Below, piece by piece: positions 32,016-44,500 of a stretch of DNA of 64,000 nucleotides. This stretch comes from Rhynchopus sp. YZ270_cl-10 (taxonomy: Eukaryota), in NCBI GenBank assembly GCA_964035575.1, contig OZ037847.1, forward strand, positions 558,001-622,000, in the 5' to 3' direction. How positions within the stretch are numbered: the first letter of the stretch is position 1; the number at the start of each line of letters is the position of its first letter. The translations under genes were made by a program, and so were the position numbers. The notes beneath the pieces are model-generated. The model was given only the letters and a program-made list of their open reading frames with translations, had not been told where the DNA came from and ran no database searches.

Positions 32016-33216
32016 TTTTGCAAACTGTGGTTTGTGTGGATGATGTGGTGTCGGGACATGAGAGTGGGCACACCAAAGCAATACATTTGACCTATTTTAT
32101 TCGTTACGTTCACAGGAGTTCCAACAGTGGTTAAGGGGTGGGACGCGTACACATGCAAAGACCAACAAACAGTGTCAAGACGTTGCCATGTGTACGATTA
32201 GCACGCTTTGAGCGGCAACACATTGGAGCAAGGCTACTAAACGCTGGGAGCCGCACGAATGTGTCAGTTGTTTTTACCACTCTGGACACATGTGCGGAGA
32301 TAACCCATGCCGCAGAGCTTAGAAAACAAAATCAAAAAAAAAAAAATCAAAAAAACAACAGCAACAATGCAACGATGAAGGCGTCAGCCGGTTGCACCAA
32401 CGGAGTTTTTGTTTTTGGATTTTTGTGGCAGTCAGAGAAAATAGAAGTATTTGATGCAGGCACCTCCACTGACCCACGGTGGCACCCTGATGAAAGCAGA
32501 AGAAAAAAAAAACAAGACCCCCGCCCTTTCTAGGGGCAAGGGTGGGCACTTCCCTTATAACCTACACCCCCTCAGCTACCAAGGTTGTGTCGGAATAGGG
32601 CGCCGTGAAGAGATTGCGTAAAAATCGGTGTCAGTCTTGCACAACAGCAGAAGAGGTAGTTTTTTTTTTTTTAATGTGAGATCCATCAATAACCAAGCGT
32701 GTAGGGTTCGATATTGAGGGTCTTCTTCGCCTCGGATGTTCCGTGTGTACCTTACTCGACATTTGTAATAGAAAGATAAGTTGAAAGTGCAAACGCCTGA
32801 CCGTTCATCGGCGGACGCAATCGCAAAGGGAAAAAAAATGAGAGAGCGAGAGAAGAGAAAGAAGGAGAATCATGTTTAAAAGGTGAACATCGCAAATAGA
32901 AACTTGGCAGTTTCAGGATATGGTGAAGTACGAAAGGAATAGGGATTGTTTTCGGTTCTTGAAAAAAATGCCGCCTTTTCATTTCACCAAAGAAACCCTA
33001 AATTTTCAAGAGCAAAAGAATAGAACACAAAGAAAATAGGCGTAATTAAAACACAGCAGCTTCACGGCCACTTTTTTACCCCCCTCCCATTAAAAAAACC
33101 CCCCTTTTTGCTCCAAAAAAAAAACGCAGCCACAATCAACACACTGTAAAAAAAACTGATACACTCCCTCCCTCCCTCTTCCTTCCCCCCATCCCCACAC
33201 TCTCTTTCTCTTGCCC

Positions 33217-36200
33217 TTACACCTCCACGTATGCAGGATCATCTTCCACTGTAGGCGACGGTGTGCGTGAAGCTCTTCCTGGAGGTTGTGGGGGCGGTGC
33301 ACCACCCTGCGCCAGCCTCCCCCTCCCCAAGACCTTCCGGGTAGGTGGTGTGGGTGCGCTCACCTCTGCCCCTAATGGTACACTCGGAGGAACCGACGCA
33401 ACAAGACTCCTTCTCCGGGCCCGTGGCGTTCCTGTCGTCTCCCCGTCGAGAGACTTCACTGGAGCTGGTGACGGTGTTGTGACCAACTTCTGCTCATCTA
33501 CAGGCTCTGCCGTCACCAGACTCCGTCTCCGTGCACGTGGTGACTTCGTATTGACCCGTAAAGGTTCCACCTGAGGCTCCTCTTGCAAAGAACCCGCCAC
33601 ATCATCCCTCGGCGATGTAAGCCCCTGTCCCGCAGATGGCGACGGAGTCTCAGGGGGTGTGACCGATATCTGCTCCTCCGGATCAGTTGTTGACACCTTC
33701 AGACTCCGTCTGCGTGCACGTGGTGACACTGTCGGGGTAGCACCTAGCAGTTCCTCCACCTGAGGTTCCTCTGGGGGTAAAGACGACCCTTCTGGAAGTT
33801 CAATTGGACTGTCCCTATGTACAAGACTCCGTCTGCGTGCACGTGGAGACACTGTCTTAGGAGTAGCATCTAGCAGTTCCTCCACCTGAGGTTCGTCTGG
33901 AAGTTCAATTGGGCTGTCTCTGTGTGCAAGACTCCGTCTGCGTGCCCTGGATCGTGGAGAAACTGTAGGGGGGGTAGGTGTGCCGGCCTCTGGTGCATCC
34001 GAGCCGCTTGTGGGCGTCGCTTTCCCTACCGACCCAACAAGACTCCTGCGTCGCACAGCCTTTGCGCGGGGTGTTGTGCTGTCAGCCCCGAGGGGCTCCT
34101 CAGGCTCCTCGAACTCACCTGGTGGCAGTTTCTTTGCGTTCCCTGCATCGAAGGTGTGTCTCCGTCTTTTAGGCTTTGGTGATTTTGTACCTTCGGCGTC
34201 GCTTTCGACAGCGGGGGGTGTGTAGCTAACTTCCGGCCTTCCCTCCGCAACCAAGGGGTGATGAGAGGGACCGCTGACCGGGTGCAGTGTTGGGAGCATC
34301 GTCTCCTTTGTGCCCGACGACGTCGTTGTCACACCCAGAGCAGAGCGGATGCTTGCATTGAGCGAGGCGTGCGGCTCTGCTGCAACGTAGGGAGCTTCAG
34401 AGTCGCCTTGGGTGTGATGCTCCCCACCAGACCCGACTTCTTCTTCATCAAGGTGTTCTTGGGTAGCATCAATCTCTTGCGGCGCAATGTTCCCAAAAGC
34501 GTCTTCCTGAATAGTACGAATACGGTGCGTGGCAACAGAATATATATCACAGAACACGTCTACGACAGCCTTCACTGCAATGAGGATGAGGCAGGCCTGT
34601 AGGAGCTGCTGTGCAACGGGGCATTCGGGGCGATCGAGGTTGACGGTGTAGTACGCTGCAGCTTGGAAGACGAGCGCGGCGGAGATAAGGAGCGATGCAA
34701 GACAGAGGACAGCGTTGTCGCGCGGCCTGCAGAAGGGGCGGAAGATGACAGCACAGACCGCACAGCACGCAAACGCTGCTGCAAGCACAACCCGAAGGTG
34801 GCCACATACATCAAGGTCCGTGGTATCCTGCGCGGAGAACACAGAGACAACGAACATCACTACATACGGTACCACGCTGTACTGCGGCAACGCAAACGGT
34901 TTGAGCACCAGCATGTACTCAGCATGGTACATCACCTCCGTCTTGGCAGACACCCACTCCCCTCTGCCAAAGAAGAATGTGTGAACCGCGCCTTTGTCAG
35001 GGTAATGGTTGTACACCGCAAGCCACGGAATGTTGGTGCGTGTCCTCCACATCAGCAAGAGAGGGATGGTGGTGCACAGCAAAATACCTACAATGCCGCT
35101 CCCCGTTTGCATGGCCCCATCATGCTGGGCAACTAGCCTGACCGCAGCAAAGCTAAGTCCCTGGTACATCAGCATGAAAGGGAAGACTACCGTGCTAGGG
35201 AGGTGCGACAGCCCTTGGTATACTATGTACTGCCAGAGGCCTGCGTGCAGCCCAACCCTCTTCAGTGCGAGCATCGCACCGCACAGGATGGCGGAGAGAC
35301 CGCACACAATAAGCACATTCCCAACCAGCGCACCGAACGCTTCACTACCATCAAGGGTCCACTGGGTTGGGTGCAGCAAAAAGGGGAGTGACGAAGAGGT
35401 GCCGCACTGCGGTGACCCTACAAGGACCGCAGGTGCACCCGCAACCACCGCACTCATGCTCAAGGCAGCAAGCCCAGGCACCACTGCACTCAGAGAAGGG
35501 GTGTCTGGATGAAGATCCTCACGCACCGTGATAACGCAGGAGCCCTCCGCTGGAGGCAACGTTGACGTAACCTTGACACGAAGGCTACCCACAAAGGAAG
35601 GCGACGTGACATAGATGGTGATACCCCCTGCATGCCGGTCGGAGCTGACGTTTGTGTACGTGAACAGGTCTGATGAAAGGACCTCTGCAGCCCGCACGCT
35701 CACCGCAACATCAGCATCGCCAGCGTCCACAATCGCCGTCAACTCTTCACCCGAAGCTAGCCACGCATCCACACGCACCTCCCCTGCAGCCAGCTCTGTG
35801 TTTGTCACCTCCTTCTCATATTCAAGCAGCACAACCTCGTCTGGTCTGTCGGGTGTGAACGTAGGTTGGTCCGGTGCTGCAGAAGGAGGCGTCGTAGGCG
35901 CAACAGTGGGGGCCACTGAAGACAGAATGAAAGGCTCTGCGGTTGCAGGTGCGTGTGTCGGGGCTGCTGTCGGGGCGCTTGTAGGAAGCATAGTCGCGGG
36001 TGTAGCCGTGTCCACTGCCAGAGGGGAAAACGTAAGTGGCACTACTGTCTCCGGAGCAAACGTCAGTGGCGGTACTGTCACGGGTGGTCGTGTCGGAGGA
36101 GAAAGTGTCAACGGTGACAAAGTGAGTGGCACCAGTGTGAGAGGTGCCTCTGTCACCGGGAAGGGCGTGGGCGGCGCTGGTGTAGGTGGTGACGAAGTTG

Positions 36201-38517
36201 GCGGTGATGGCGTGAGTGGTGCCGGTGTTAGTGGCGCTGGGGTGTCAGGTGCCGGTGTAGGAGGAGACGGTGTCAGTGGCGACACCGTTAGGGGTGCCGG
36301 TGTAGGAGGGGATACTGTAGGTGGTGCTGGTGTGAGTGGTGCCGGCGTCAGTGGTGCTGGCGTAGGTGGCGACAATGTGGGTGGCGACGGCGACGCTGGC
36401 GATGTAGTGGAGGGTGCTGGGGTCCATGGTGCTGGTGTGGGTGGTGGCGTTGAAGGCATTGCAGTAGATGGCAACGATGTAGACGGTGGTGTTGGTGTGG
36501 GTGAAGGCGTTGGTGGCGAAGGTGTGGGAGGCGACGGCGTCAGTGGTGAAGTCGTTGCGGGCGCTTGTGTCGGAGGTGCTGACGTCAATGGCAACGGTGT
36601 GGGTGGTGATGGTGTCAACGGTGACGGCGTTGCGGGGTACGGTGTTAGGGGTGGCAGTGTAATTGGCGATGGTGTTGGTGGTGACGGTGTCGGGGGTGAA
36701 GCCGTCGGAGGTGACGGTGTAGGGGGTGAAGGGGTTGGTGGCGAAGGTGTAAGTGGTGAAGATGTCGGCGGTGAAGGAGTAGGGGGACTCGGTGTCGGTG
36801 GTGAAGGTGTCGGTGGTGACGGTGTTGGCGGAGATGGTGTTGGTGGCGAAAGTGTCGGAGGACTGGGTGTAGGTGGCGACGGTGTCGGCGGCGATGCTGT
36901 TGTGAGGGGTACCAGTGTTGGTGGCACTACCGTTAAAGGTGCAGGCGTAGGTGGTGACGGTGTCAGGGGCGATGGTGTAGGGGGGGAGGGGGTTGGTGGT
37001 GATGGTGTAGAAGGTGAAGGTGTTGGAGGACTTGGTGTCGGTGGTGACGGCGTTGGTGGCGAAGGTGTCGGTGGACTGGGTGTCGGTGGTGAAGGAGTAG
37101 GAGGGGAAGGCGTTGGAGGACTCGGTGTCGGTGGTGACGGTGTAGGTGGTGAAGGTGTCGGTGGACTAGGTGTGGGCGGTGAAGGCGTCGGTGGGGAAGG
37201 AGTAGGTGGTGAAGGTGTCGGAGGACTCGGTGTTGGTGGGCTGGGTGTTGGTGGTGACGGTGTTGGAGGGGAAGGCGTTGGAGGACTTGGTGTCGGTGGT
37301 GAAGGGGTAGGGGGACTCGGTGTTGGTGGTGATGGTGTCGGAGGACTAGGTGTCGGTGGTGACGGTGTTGGTGGTGAAGGAGTAGGGGGACTCGGTGTTG
37401 GTGGTGAAGGTGTCGGTGGACTTGGTGTCGGTGGTGAAGGGGTAGGGGGACTAGGTGTCGGTGGTGACGGTGTCGGTGGTGAAGGAGTAGGGGGACTCGG
37501 TGTTGGTGGCGAAGGTGTTGGTGGACTGGGTGTCGGTGGTGAAGGGGTAGGGGGACTAGGTGTCGGTGGTGACGGTGTTGGTGGCGAAGGAGTAGGGGGG
37601 CTCGGTGTTGGTGGGGAAGGTGTCGGTGGACTGGGTGTCGGTGGCGATGGTGTAGGTGGTGACGGTGTTGGTGGTGAAGGAGTAGGGGGGCTCGGTGTTG
37701 GTGGGCTGGGAGTCGGTGGTGATGGTGTCGGAGGACTTGGGGTCGGCGGACTCGGAGTCGGTGGCGACGGTGTCGGTGGACTCGGAGTTGGTGGTGATGG
37801 TGTCGGAGGTGATGGTGTTGGTGGACTTGGTGTGGGAGGACTCGGAGTCGGTGGACTAGGTGTCGGTGGCGACGGTGTCGGAGGACTCGGAGTCGGTGGT
37901 GAAGGTGTTGGTGGTGAAGGAGTAGGAGGTGACGGTGTTGGAGGTGATGGTGTCGGCGGGCTGGGTGTCGGCGGTGATGGCGTAGGAGGGGAAGGTGTCG
38001 GAGGACTAGGTGTTGGCGGGGAAGGGGTAGGTGGTGATGGTGTCGGTGGTGGCGGTGCCGCTGTTGGGATAGCTGTGGCAGGTGAAGGCGACGGGACACT
38101 ACCAATTGAATGATACTGTGTGTAGTAGATCACTGTGAGCTGCCCGTCGAGGCAAGTTGCAAAATTCCAGCCACTCCCGCTCAGGGATTTGCTCACATCA
38201 CAGGTGAACGGACCTGCAGCGTTTGCAACGGAACAGGAAGCGTCGTCGTACACACTTGCGGACACTGTGAACACCGCTGTGGACCCATCGCCGTAGTAGA
38301 TGTGAGTACTGTCGGCTGTGCAGGTGGCTATAAAACTGTACGCACACGTTGCACACTGGCTTCCTGATATACCGCCCGTCATTGTGAGACCTGCTGACTG
38401 GACTGAACTAAATGAACCAGAAAGCGTGAAACTCACGAACTTAACTTCATAATAATCAGCAGCAACGTCACCACACAAGAACAGCAGCACCCATGCCACA
38501 TGTCTTAACGATGCCAT
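33217..38517 (-). CDS. Large cell-surface multi-pass membrane protein with a (PTPSP)n stalk
   Basis: Signal peptide (MASLRHVAWVLLFLCGDVAA), Cys-rich head, ~70 PTPSP pentapeptides followed by degenerate copies, 7-8 hydrophobic helices with RPF..P.DN, and a disordered tail with six RRRSL motifs. Confidence 0.85.
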   Translation of the reverse strand: MASLRHVAWVLLFLCGDVAADYYEVKFVSFTLSGSFSSVQSAGLTMTGGISGSQCATCAYSFIATCTADSTHIYYGDGSTAVFTVSASVYDDASCSVANAAGPFTCDVSKSLSGSGWNFATCLDGQLTVIYYTQYHSIGSVPSPSPATAIPTAAPPPPTPSPPTPSPPTPSPPTPSPPTPSPPTPSPPTPSPPTPSPPTPSPPTPSPPTPSPPTPSPPTPSPPTPSPPTPSPPTPSPPTPSPPTPSPPTPSPPTPSPPTPSPPTPSPPTPSPPTPSPPTPSPPTPSPPTPSPPTPSPPTPSPPTPSPPTPSPPTPSPPTPSPPTPSPPTPSPPTPSPPTPSPPTPSPPTPSPPTPSPPTPSPPTPSPPTPSPPTPSPPTPSPPTPSPPTPSPPTPSPPTPSPPTPSPPTPSPPTPSPPTPSPPTPSPPTPSPPTPSPPTPSPPTPSPPTPSPPTPSPPTPSPPTPSPPTPSPPTPSPPTPSPPTPSPPTPSPPTPSPPTPSPSTPSPPTPSPPTPSPLTPSPPTPAPLTVVPPTLVPLTTASPPTPSPPTPSPPTLSPPTPSPPTPSPPTPSPPTPSPPTPSPPTSSPLTPSPPTPSPPTPSPPTASPPTPSPPTPSPITLPPLTPYPATPSPLTPSPPTPLPLTSAPPTQAPATTSPLTPSPPTPSPPTPSPTPTPPSTSLPSTAMPSTPPPTPAPWTPAPSTTSPASPSPPTLSPPTPAPLTPAPLTPAPPTVSPPTPAPLTVSPLTPSPPTPAPDTPAPLTPAPLTPSPPTSSPPTPAPPTPFPVTEAPLTLVPLTLSPLTLSPPTRPPVTVPPLTFAPETVVPLTFSPLAVDTATPATMLPTSAPTAAPTHAPATAEPFILSSVAPTVAPTTPPSAAPDQPTFTPDRPDEVVLLEYEKEVTNTELAAGEVRVDAWLASGEELTAIVDAGDADVAVSVRAAEVLSSDLFTYTNVSSDRHAGGITIYVTSPSFVGSLRVKVTSTLPPAEGSCVITVREDLHPDTPSLSAVVPGLAALSMSAVVAGAPAVLVGSPQCGTSSSLPFLLHPTQWTLDGSEAFGALVGNVLIVCGLSAILCGAMLALKRVGLHAGLWQYIVYQGLSHLPSTVVFPFMLMYQGLSFAAVRLVAQHDGAMQTGSGIVGILLCTTIPLLLMWRTRTNIPWLAVYNHYPDKGAVHTFFFGRGEWVSAKTEVMYHAEYMLVLKPFALPQYSVVPYVVMFVVSVFSAQDTTDLDVCGHLRVVLAAAFACCAVCAVIFRPFCRPRDNAVLCLASLLISAALVFQAAAYYTVNLDRPECPVAQQLLQACLILIAVKAVVDVFCDIYSVATHRIRTIQEDAFGNIAPQEIDATQEHLDEEEVGSGGEHHTQGDSEAPYVAAEPHASLNASIRSALGVTTTSSGTKETMLPTLHPVSGPSHHPLVAEGRPEVSYTPPAVESDAEGTKSPKPKRRRHTFDAGNAKKLPPGEFEEPEEPLGADSTTPRAKAVRRRSLVGSVGKATPTSGSDAPEAGTPTPPTVSPRSRARRRSLAHRDSPIELPDEPQVEELLDATPKTVSPRARRRSLVHRDSPIELPEGSSLPPEEPQVEELLGATPTVSPRARRRSLKVSTTDPEEQISVTPPETPSPSAGQGLTSPRDDVAGSLQEEPQVEPLRVNTKSPRARRRSLVTAEPVDEQKLVTTPSPAPVKSLDGETTGTPRARRRSLVASVPPSVPLGAEVSAPTPPTRKVLGRGRLAQGGAPPPQPPGRASRTPSPTVEDDPAYVEV
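36960..38045 (-). repeat. 15-bp coding tandem repeat encoding (PTPSP)n
   Basis: About 70 units, nearly invariant in protein but with heterogeneous Ser/Pro/Thr codons. Confidence 0.95.
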
Positions 38518-39563
38518 TGTCGAACCCACAGCACCCGAGCCCTACCCTCTACCCCCCTGGCACTGACTCTTCCTCTGAAGGTGAGTCTGTGTACTGCCAC
38601 CTGTGTGCGTGGTGTTTGGGGGACTGGAGCAAAAATTAACACAAAAATACGTTGTCCCCTATTATTTTTTGTTTGCTCCTTTTTTTTTTCCTGCTTTTTT
38701 TTTTGTTTAGACTTTGGTCGTTTGCTATTTTATGCGTTTTGGGGACGGAATTTAAGCTCTACAAACCTCTACAAAGACAGCTTTGCTTTGCTTCCAGCCC
38801 GCCCAGATTTTCGTAAAAATTGCGAAGACTGTGTTCTTCTGTATAAATGAAGAAAAACAAGATCTCCACGGACAATGGGTCTCTCTCTCTCTCACTCTCT
38901 CTCTCTCTCACATTTTCACTCTGCCTATCGGGGCAGCACTATTTAAATATATGCACAGAAAATAGCACAATAGATGCCATTCTGGAATTAGAGCACATTT
39001 TTTTTACTGCACAATATAAATAAAATTTGAAAGATTAATATGTCCTGCGTGCATGCACCTCTTTTGCAAAGGATGTTCACCCCCTGTACCGTTGACAGGA
39101 GAAAGTATTCTCTTGTGGGGGGTGGGGTGGGGTGGGGGGAGTGAGACCAGTATCGGATTGAGGGAAACGAGGTTAGTCGATAGAGAGAAGCCATCAAGAG
39201 CTCGGCTTGCTGCAATAAGGTCTAACCCCAACTGTTAAAATTTAAAAAATAAAAATAAAAACTGTGGTTGTTGATGCAGGCACCTCCGACTGACCCACGT
39301 ACGATGCCAGCCCCGGATGAAAGCACAAAGTACCCTGCGGCCTACAACAGTAGGGAAAAAAACCCCCCCTCACCACCCCCCATTTCTAGTCCCTGGTATC
39401 TACGGTTGTCCGATCGGACAGTGCCGTGATGATCTACCACTGGAATGGAGTAAGGCTGAACACCCCTGAGCCAGAACCCAGTCTAGAGACATACGTGATA
39501 TATTACAGGTAATACTGTGTCAAACGTTCGCACATTTTTTTTTTTTTTTTGGCAAATCGGGCC

Positions 39564-40289
39564 CAGGGCAGGAGCTTGGAATATGGGTTTGGGGCAAAAT
39601 CGGGTCAAATTCTGTTAAATCGGGTCAGGTCCCGAGCTTTTCCGCCTTCGGCGGAAAAGCTCTTGTGAAGACAAACACATGCAGAATGAGAAGGCGCGTT
39701 TCACAATATGGTACACGTTGATGATACACAAGTGTTGCACCTCCCCCGCGGAATGCATGCTGCCCTTGACACTGGCGATGAGGTCATCAAGGTAGGGTTG
39801 CGCAATGGAGGTGTGGAATGTGTGCGTAGGCCCTCGCCAGTTCAGGTAGTCTCTCTGGGCAGGTGTCCCCTTCGAGCAAACGTCGGAGGGCGTTCCGTAT
39901 CCCCGGCAACACTTGTCACTGTCTGAGCCCCTCTTTTGGTGTGTCACCCAGCGAGTTGATCCAATATCTGGATCGTCAGCTCGCGCCAGTAACCAACGGC
40001 TAGGTCGAGTTTGGCATACCTCTTGGGTTCGGGTTTGATCGGGGTGGAACGCGCGTTTGAGGGCATTCTGGCTTCATTGAGCTTCGTGCTCGTCGCGGTG
40101 GGGTCACATAGTAGTTCCTCATCCTTCTCAGACCCCCTCATGCGACAAGTAGAGTACCCTATTTTTTTGGATTTTTTCCCTCAAAAATCTATAGTTTTTT
40201 TTTTTTTTTGGCCCTGACCCGTTTTTTTCCATGGGGCCGAAGGAAATCGGGTCAATCTGACCCGATTTAACCCCCAAGCTCCTCCCCTG
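39564..40289 (-). mobile_element. Internally deleted hAT transposon with probable transposase remnants (726 bp)
   Basis: TIR CAGGGCAGGAGCTTGG / CCAAGCTCCTCCCCTG (15/16); AAATCGGG on both flanks (left copy offset by 2 nt); subterminal AAATCGGGTCA repeats. Minus-strand peptides PYLDDLIASVK and VKRAFS resemble hAT transposase C-terminal motifs (..ERxFS). Confidence 0.75.
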
Positions 40290-41510
40290 AAATCGGGTAA
40301 GAAACGAATAGTGTTAACGAACCCCAAGCTTGGAGTGTTAGGGCCACCTTAACACAAAAGAGAGGTTGAAAGTGCAAACGCCGTGTATGCCAAATGAAGT
40401 ACAGAAAACAAAAGACAACCAGAAAACTATCTTATCTATTTTTTTTTTTTTTTCCCTTTCCGGTTGACCCTTTTTTCCTTTTTCCTTTTTTTAACAAAAT
40501 CCGCGTGTTTTAGAGACAGAGAATTAACTCACCTGTGGACAGTTTGCGGACTGCGTCAGTTGTTTCGGAGGGAGGGGGAGGGAGACGGGAAAAGAAGGGG
40601 GAAAATAGCATTTTTGTGGGAAGCAAAAAAAAAAAAGAAGAAGAAGAAGAAAAAAACTTAAAAGATGAATGTGCCTCTCGTGCACACACGTCTAAAAGAG
40701 TGGGGTGAATAGTATTGTCATCACTCTCATCTCGCTTGAAGCGAGAGGGGGCTTTCTCTTCTCAAAGTGTTCCAAAACTGTGTGCATTTTTTTATTTTTT
40801 TACTAGGTTTTGTAATCTGTTGTTTAGTGTAGCTCCTAAACAGACAGTTTTCACAATTTCTGGTAACACTCTCAGAACTTTGGAAATGTGTAAAGTGTGT
40901 TTGCCACATCATTGCCACTTTCCCTTTTATGTCTTTCTCACCAGCGTTACAGAGGCAAGTATTGTGAATTTTTGTGGGAATCGTTTTGGAACAAAAAAAA
41001 ACAAGGTAAAAGCAAAGATCAACAAGACTAACCTAACCAAATTGGGTGGGAGGGATGTGGGGTGACAAAACAAAATGAAAATTTGAAGAAGAAAAAAAAA
41101 GGCTATAAAAAACTGAAGTCGTACAGTGCAAACGCTTCTGGAACGCAGGCACTGACAAAAAAAAAAGTATTTCAACATGCATTCAAAAACAAAAAACAAA
41201 AACAAACAAACAAAAAACACACACAGAACTGTATTGCATGCTGCAGAGGAAGAGAAAAAAAAAACAGCAAAACAAAAAATCCAGATAAGAATCGAACCAG
41301 AATAGAGGGGAAATTGACTTTTTTTATATTTTTTTTGCCACCCCCTCCAACGTCCTGGGGGGACACACACTTTTCTTTTCTTTTCTTTTTCTTTTTTTGC
41401 GGCTTCCTCCATTTCTCATCGTATTTACAGGATGGCAGAAAGTGATGCGTGTCGAGGGGGGTAGCGGCTAGAGGGAGTACCCCGCCTCTTGTTGCGAGAT
41501 GCGTGCATCA

Positions 41511-44500
41511 TTAACAGGCCATAGCATCCAACTCATCGTCGTCCATGTTGCTGAAGTCTGCCTCGGTGAACTCGAGGGCTTCGCTGTAGGCAGGGCTGCG
41601 GTTGCTCCTCTTCCTGACAATGAAGGCCACAGCAGCTACTCCGGCAACACAGCCCAGCGAAAGAACAAACCACTGCCAGATTGGCGAGCTGCCGCCCTCG
41701 TGCTTCTCTTCGCCGGCAGTACCGTTCTCAAGCACCTTCGACGGCGCAGCAGAGCCAACAGGAACCTTAAGCGAGCTCCCCAGCTCAATGCCCTGCGCCA
41801 CCTGCACCACCTCGTCCATCTCAATCTCAACGGTACCAACCTCAGTCTTAACAGTCACAGTAGACCCGAGAACGGTGACAACGTCGCCCTCAATGACACG
41901 GCAAGCCTCACGCTCCATGCGGCTTCCCTCAGGGTCCACACAGCGGCAGTCAGCCTCCGTGCACTGAACGGTCTTGTACTTCCCATCCTTGGTGCAGTTC
42001 AGGTCGGAAGTGCCCTCGCGTCTGTGTCTGGCGCACTTTGTCTCCTCGCACTCAGTGAGATTGCGTGTCTTGTTAATGGTCTGGTGCTGGTGGCCGTCGA
42101 CACAGAAGCACTTCTCGCCGAAACACTGCTTCTTTGCAAACGTGCCGTCCTCCTCGCAGATGGGCACGTAGCTCGCGTTCTTGCTCACGGCAAGCTTCTT
42201 CGCGAGGAAGCACTCGCCCACGTTGCAGGAGTCGCCCTTCATCCCGGTGCGCTCCCCAAAGAGCTCGTCGACACACCAGCACGAGCGGATGCTGCCGGAA
42301 CACTGTCTCTTCTCGTAGTGTCCGTGCGCATTGCACTTCGGCTCAAAGACTCCAACGTGGTTCTGGGCTGTTCTGTTCTGTGCAGTGTGCTGCGTCCTCT
42401 GGCAATGCGTCTTCGCTTCAGTTGTGTTATCAACAGTTGTGGTAGGTGTGCAAGTGGTCAGCGACATGTTGTTCTTCGCACCAGTGAGAGTGTCCACACA
42501 GAAGCACTCACCAAGGTTGTTGCACTGATGTGCCTCGTACGCGCCACTACTAGTACACTTCGGGGTGTACGCACCAGGGATGTAGATGGTGCTCACCATG
42601 TTCATCTTCTCCGTGCAGGTTAGCGGTTTCGGTGCCGCCACGTCACAGGCATCACCAGTCATTCCGGTTTTCTCTCCAGTGAGAGTGTCCACGCAGAAGC
42701 ACGTTCCTGTGCTGCCCCAGCACTGCTTGGCAAGGTACGAGCCGTCGTCAGCACACTTCGGCACAAAGGCACCGATCAGCGTAGGCTTTTCCTTCAGGTC
42801 GGCAACCTTTTCAGCGCATGTCTGCACGGTGGTGACAGGGGAGCACTCGGACAGCGACATGTTGTTCTTCTCTCCAGTGAGAGTGTCCACGCAGAAGCAT
42901 GTTCCAGTGCTTCCCCAGCACTGCTTGGCAAGGTACGAGCCGTCGTCAGCACACTTCGGTACAAAGGCACCGAACAGCGCAGGTTTGTCCTTCAGGTCGG
43001 CAACCTTTTCAGCGCATGTCTGCACGGTGGTAACAGGGGAGCACGTGGCCAGCGACATGTTGTTCTTCTCTCCAGTGAGGGTGTCCACGCAGAAGCACGT
43101 TCCAGTGCTGCCCCAGCACTGCTTGGCAAGGTACGAGCCATCGTCAGCACACTTCGGCACAAAGGCACCGAACAGCGCAGGTTTGTCCTTCAGGTCGGCA
43201 ACCTTTTCAGCGCATGTCTGCACGGTGGTAACAGGGGAGCACGTGGACAGCGACATGTTGTTCTTCTCTCCTGTCAAGGTGTCGACACACCAACACTGCC
43301 CCGTGCTTCCCCAGCACTGCTTGGCAAGGTACGAGCCATCAGCCGCGCATTGAGGTGTGTAGTGACCTACCAGAGTGTTGCTGCTGCGGGAGGTGGTTGC
43401 AGCCTTCTCAGCACAAGTCGGTGGTGAGCTAACTGCGCACTCCGTCAGGGACATGTTGTTCTTCTCTCCAGTGAGGGTGTCCACGCAGAAGCACGTTCCA
43501 GTGCTTCCCCAGCACTGCTTCGCCAGGTACGAGCCGTCGTCAGCACACTTCGGCACAAAGGCACCGAACAGCGCAGGCTTGTCCTTCAGGTCAGCAACCT
43601 TTTCAGCGCATGTCTGCACGGTGGTGACAGGGGAGCACGCGGACAGTGACATGTTGTTCTTCTCTCCAGTGAGGGTGTCCACGCAGAAGCACGTTCCAGT
43701 GCTGCCCCAGCACTGCTTGGCAAGGTACGAGCCATCGTCAGCACACTTCGGCACAAAGGCACCGATCAGCCTAGGCTTGTCCTTCAGGTCGGCAACCTTT
43801 TCAGCGCATGTCTGCACGGTGGTAACAGGGGAGCACGTGGACAGCGACATGTTGTTCTTCTCTCCAGTGAGAGTGTCCACGCAGAAGCATGTTCCAGTGC
43901 TGCCCCAGCACTGCTTCGCCAGGTACGAGCCGTCGTCAGCACACTTCGGAACGAAAGCACCGATCAGGGCAGGCTTGTCCTTCAGGTCGGCAACCTTTTC
44001 GGCGCATGTCTGCACAGTGGTGACAGGGGAGCAAGTGGTCAGCGACATGTTGTTCTTCTCTCCAGTGAGAGTGTCCACACAGAAGCACTCGCCAAGGTTG
44101 TTGCATTGTTTGGGTTCGTAGGATCCATCCGCTGTGCACTTGGGGTAGACCGCACCAGGGATGTAGATGGTGCTCACCATGTTCATCTTCTCCGTGCAGG
44201 TTAGCGGTTTCGGTGCCGCCACGTCACAGGCATCACCAGTCATCCCGTTCTTCTCTCCAGTGAGAGTGTCCACGCAGAAGCATGTTCCAGTGCTGCCCCA
44301 GCACTGCTTCGCCAGGTACGAGCCGTCGTCAGCACACTTCGGAACGAAAGCACCGATCAGGGCAGGCTTGTCCTTCAGGTCGGCAACCTTTTCGGCGCAT
44401 GTCTGCACAGTGGTGACAGGGGAGCACGTGGTCAGCGACATGTTGTTCTTCTCTCCAGTGAGAGTGTCCACGCAGAAGCATGTTCCAGTGCTGCCCCAGC

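Noticed and set aside
35615..38113. 832-aa plus-strand (GVGGx)n ORF
   Set aside because: Antisense shadow of the PTPSP repeat; the minus-strand ORF has the signal peptide and TM domain and matches cluster polarity.
40385..40410. Minus-strand TTTCTGTACTTCATTTG resembling the 3' end of the euglenozoan spliced leader
   Set aside because: Only ~15 nt with an indel; no SL 5' part, GTATG intron or Sm site; compatible with chance in T-rich DNA.
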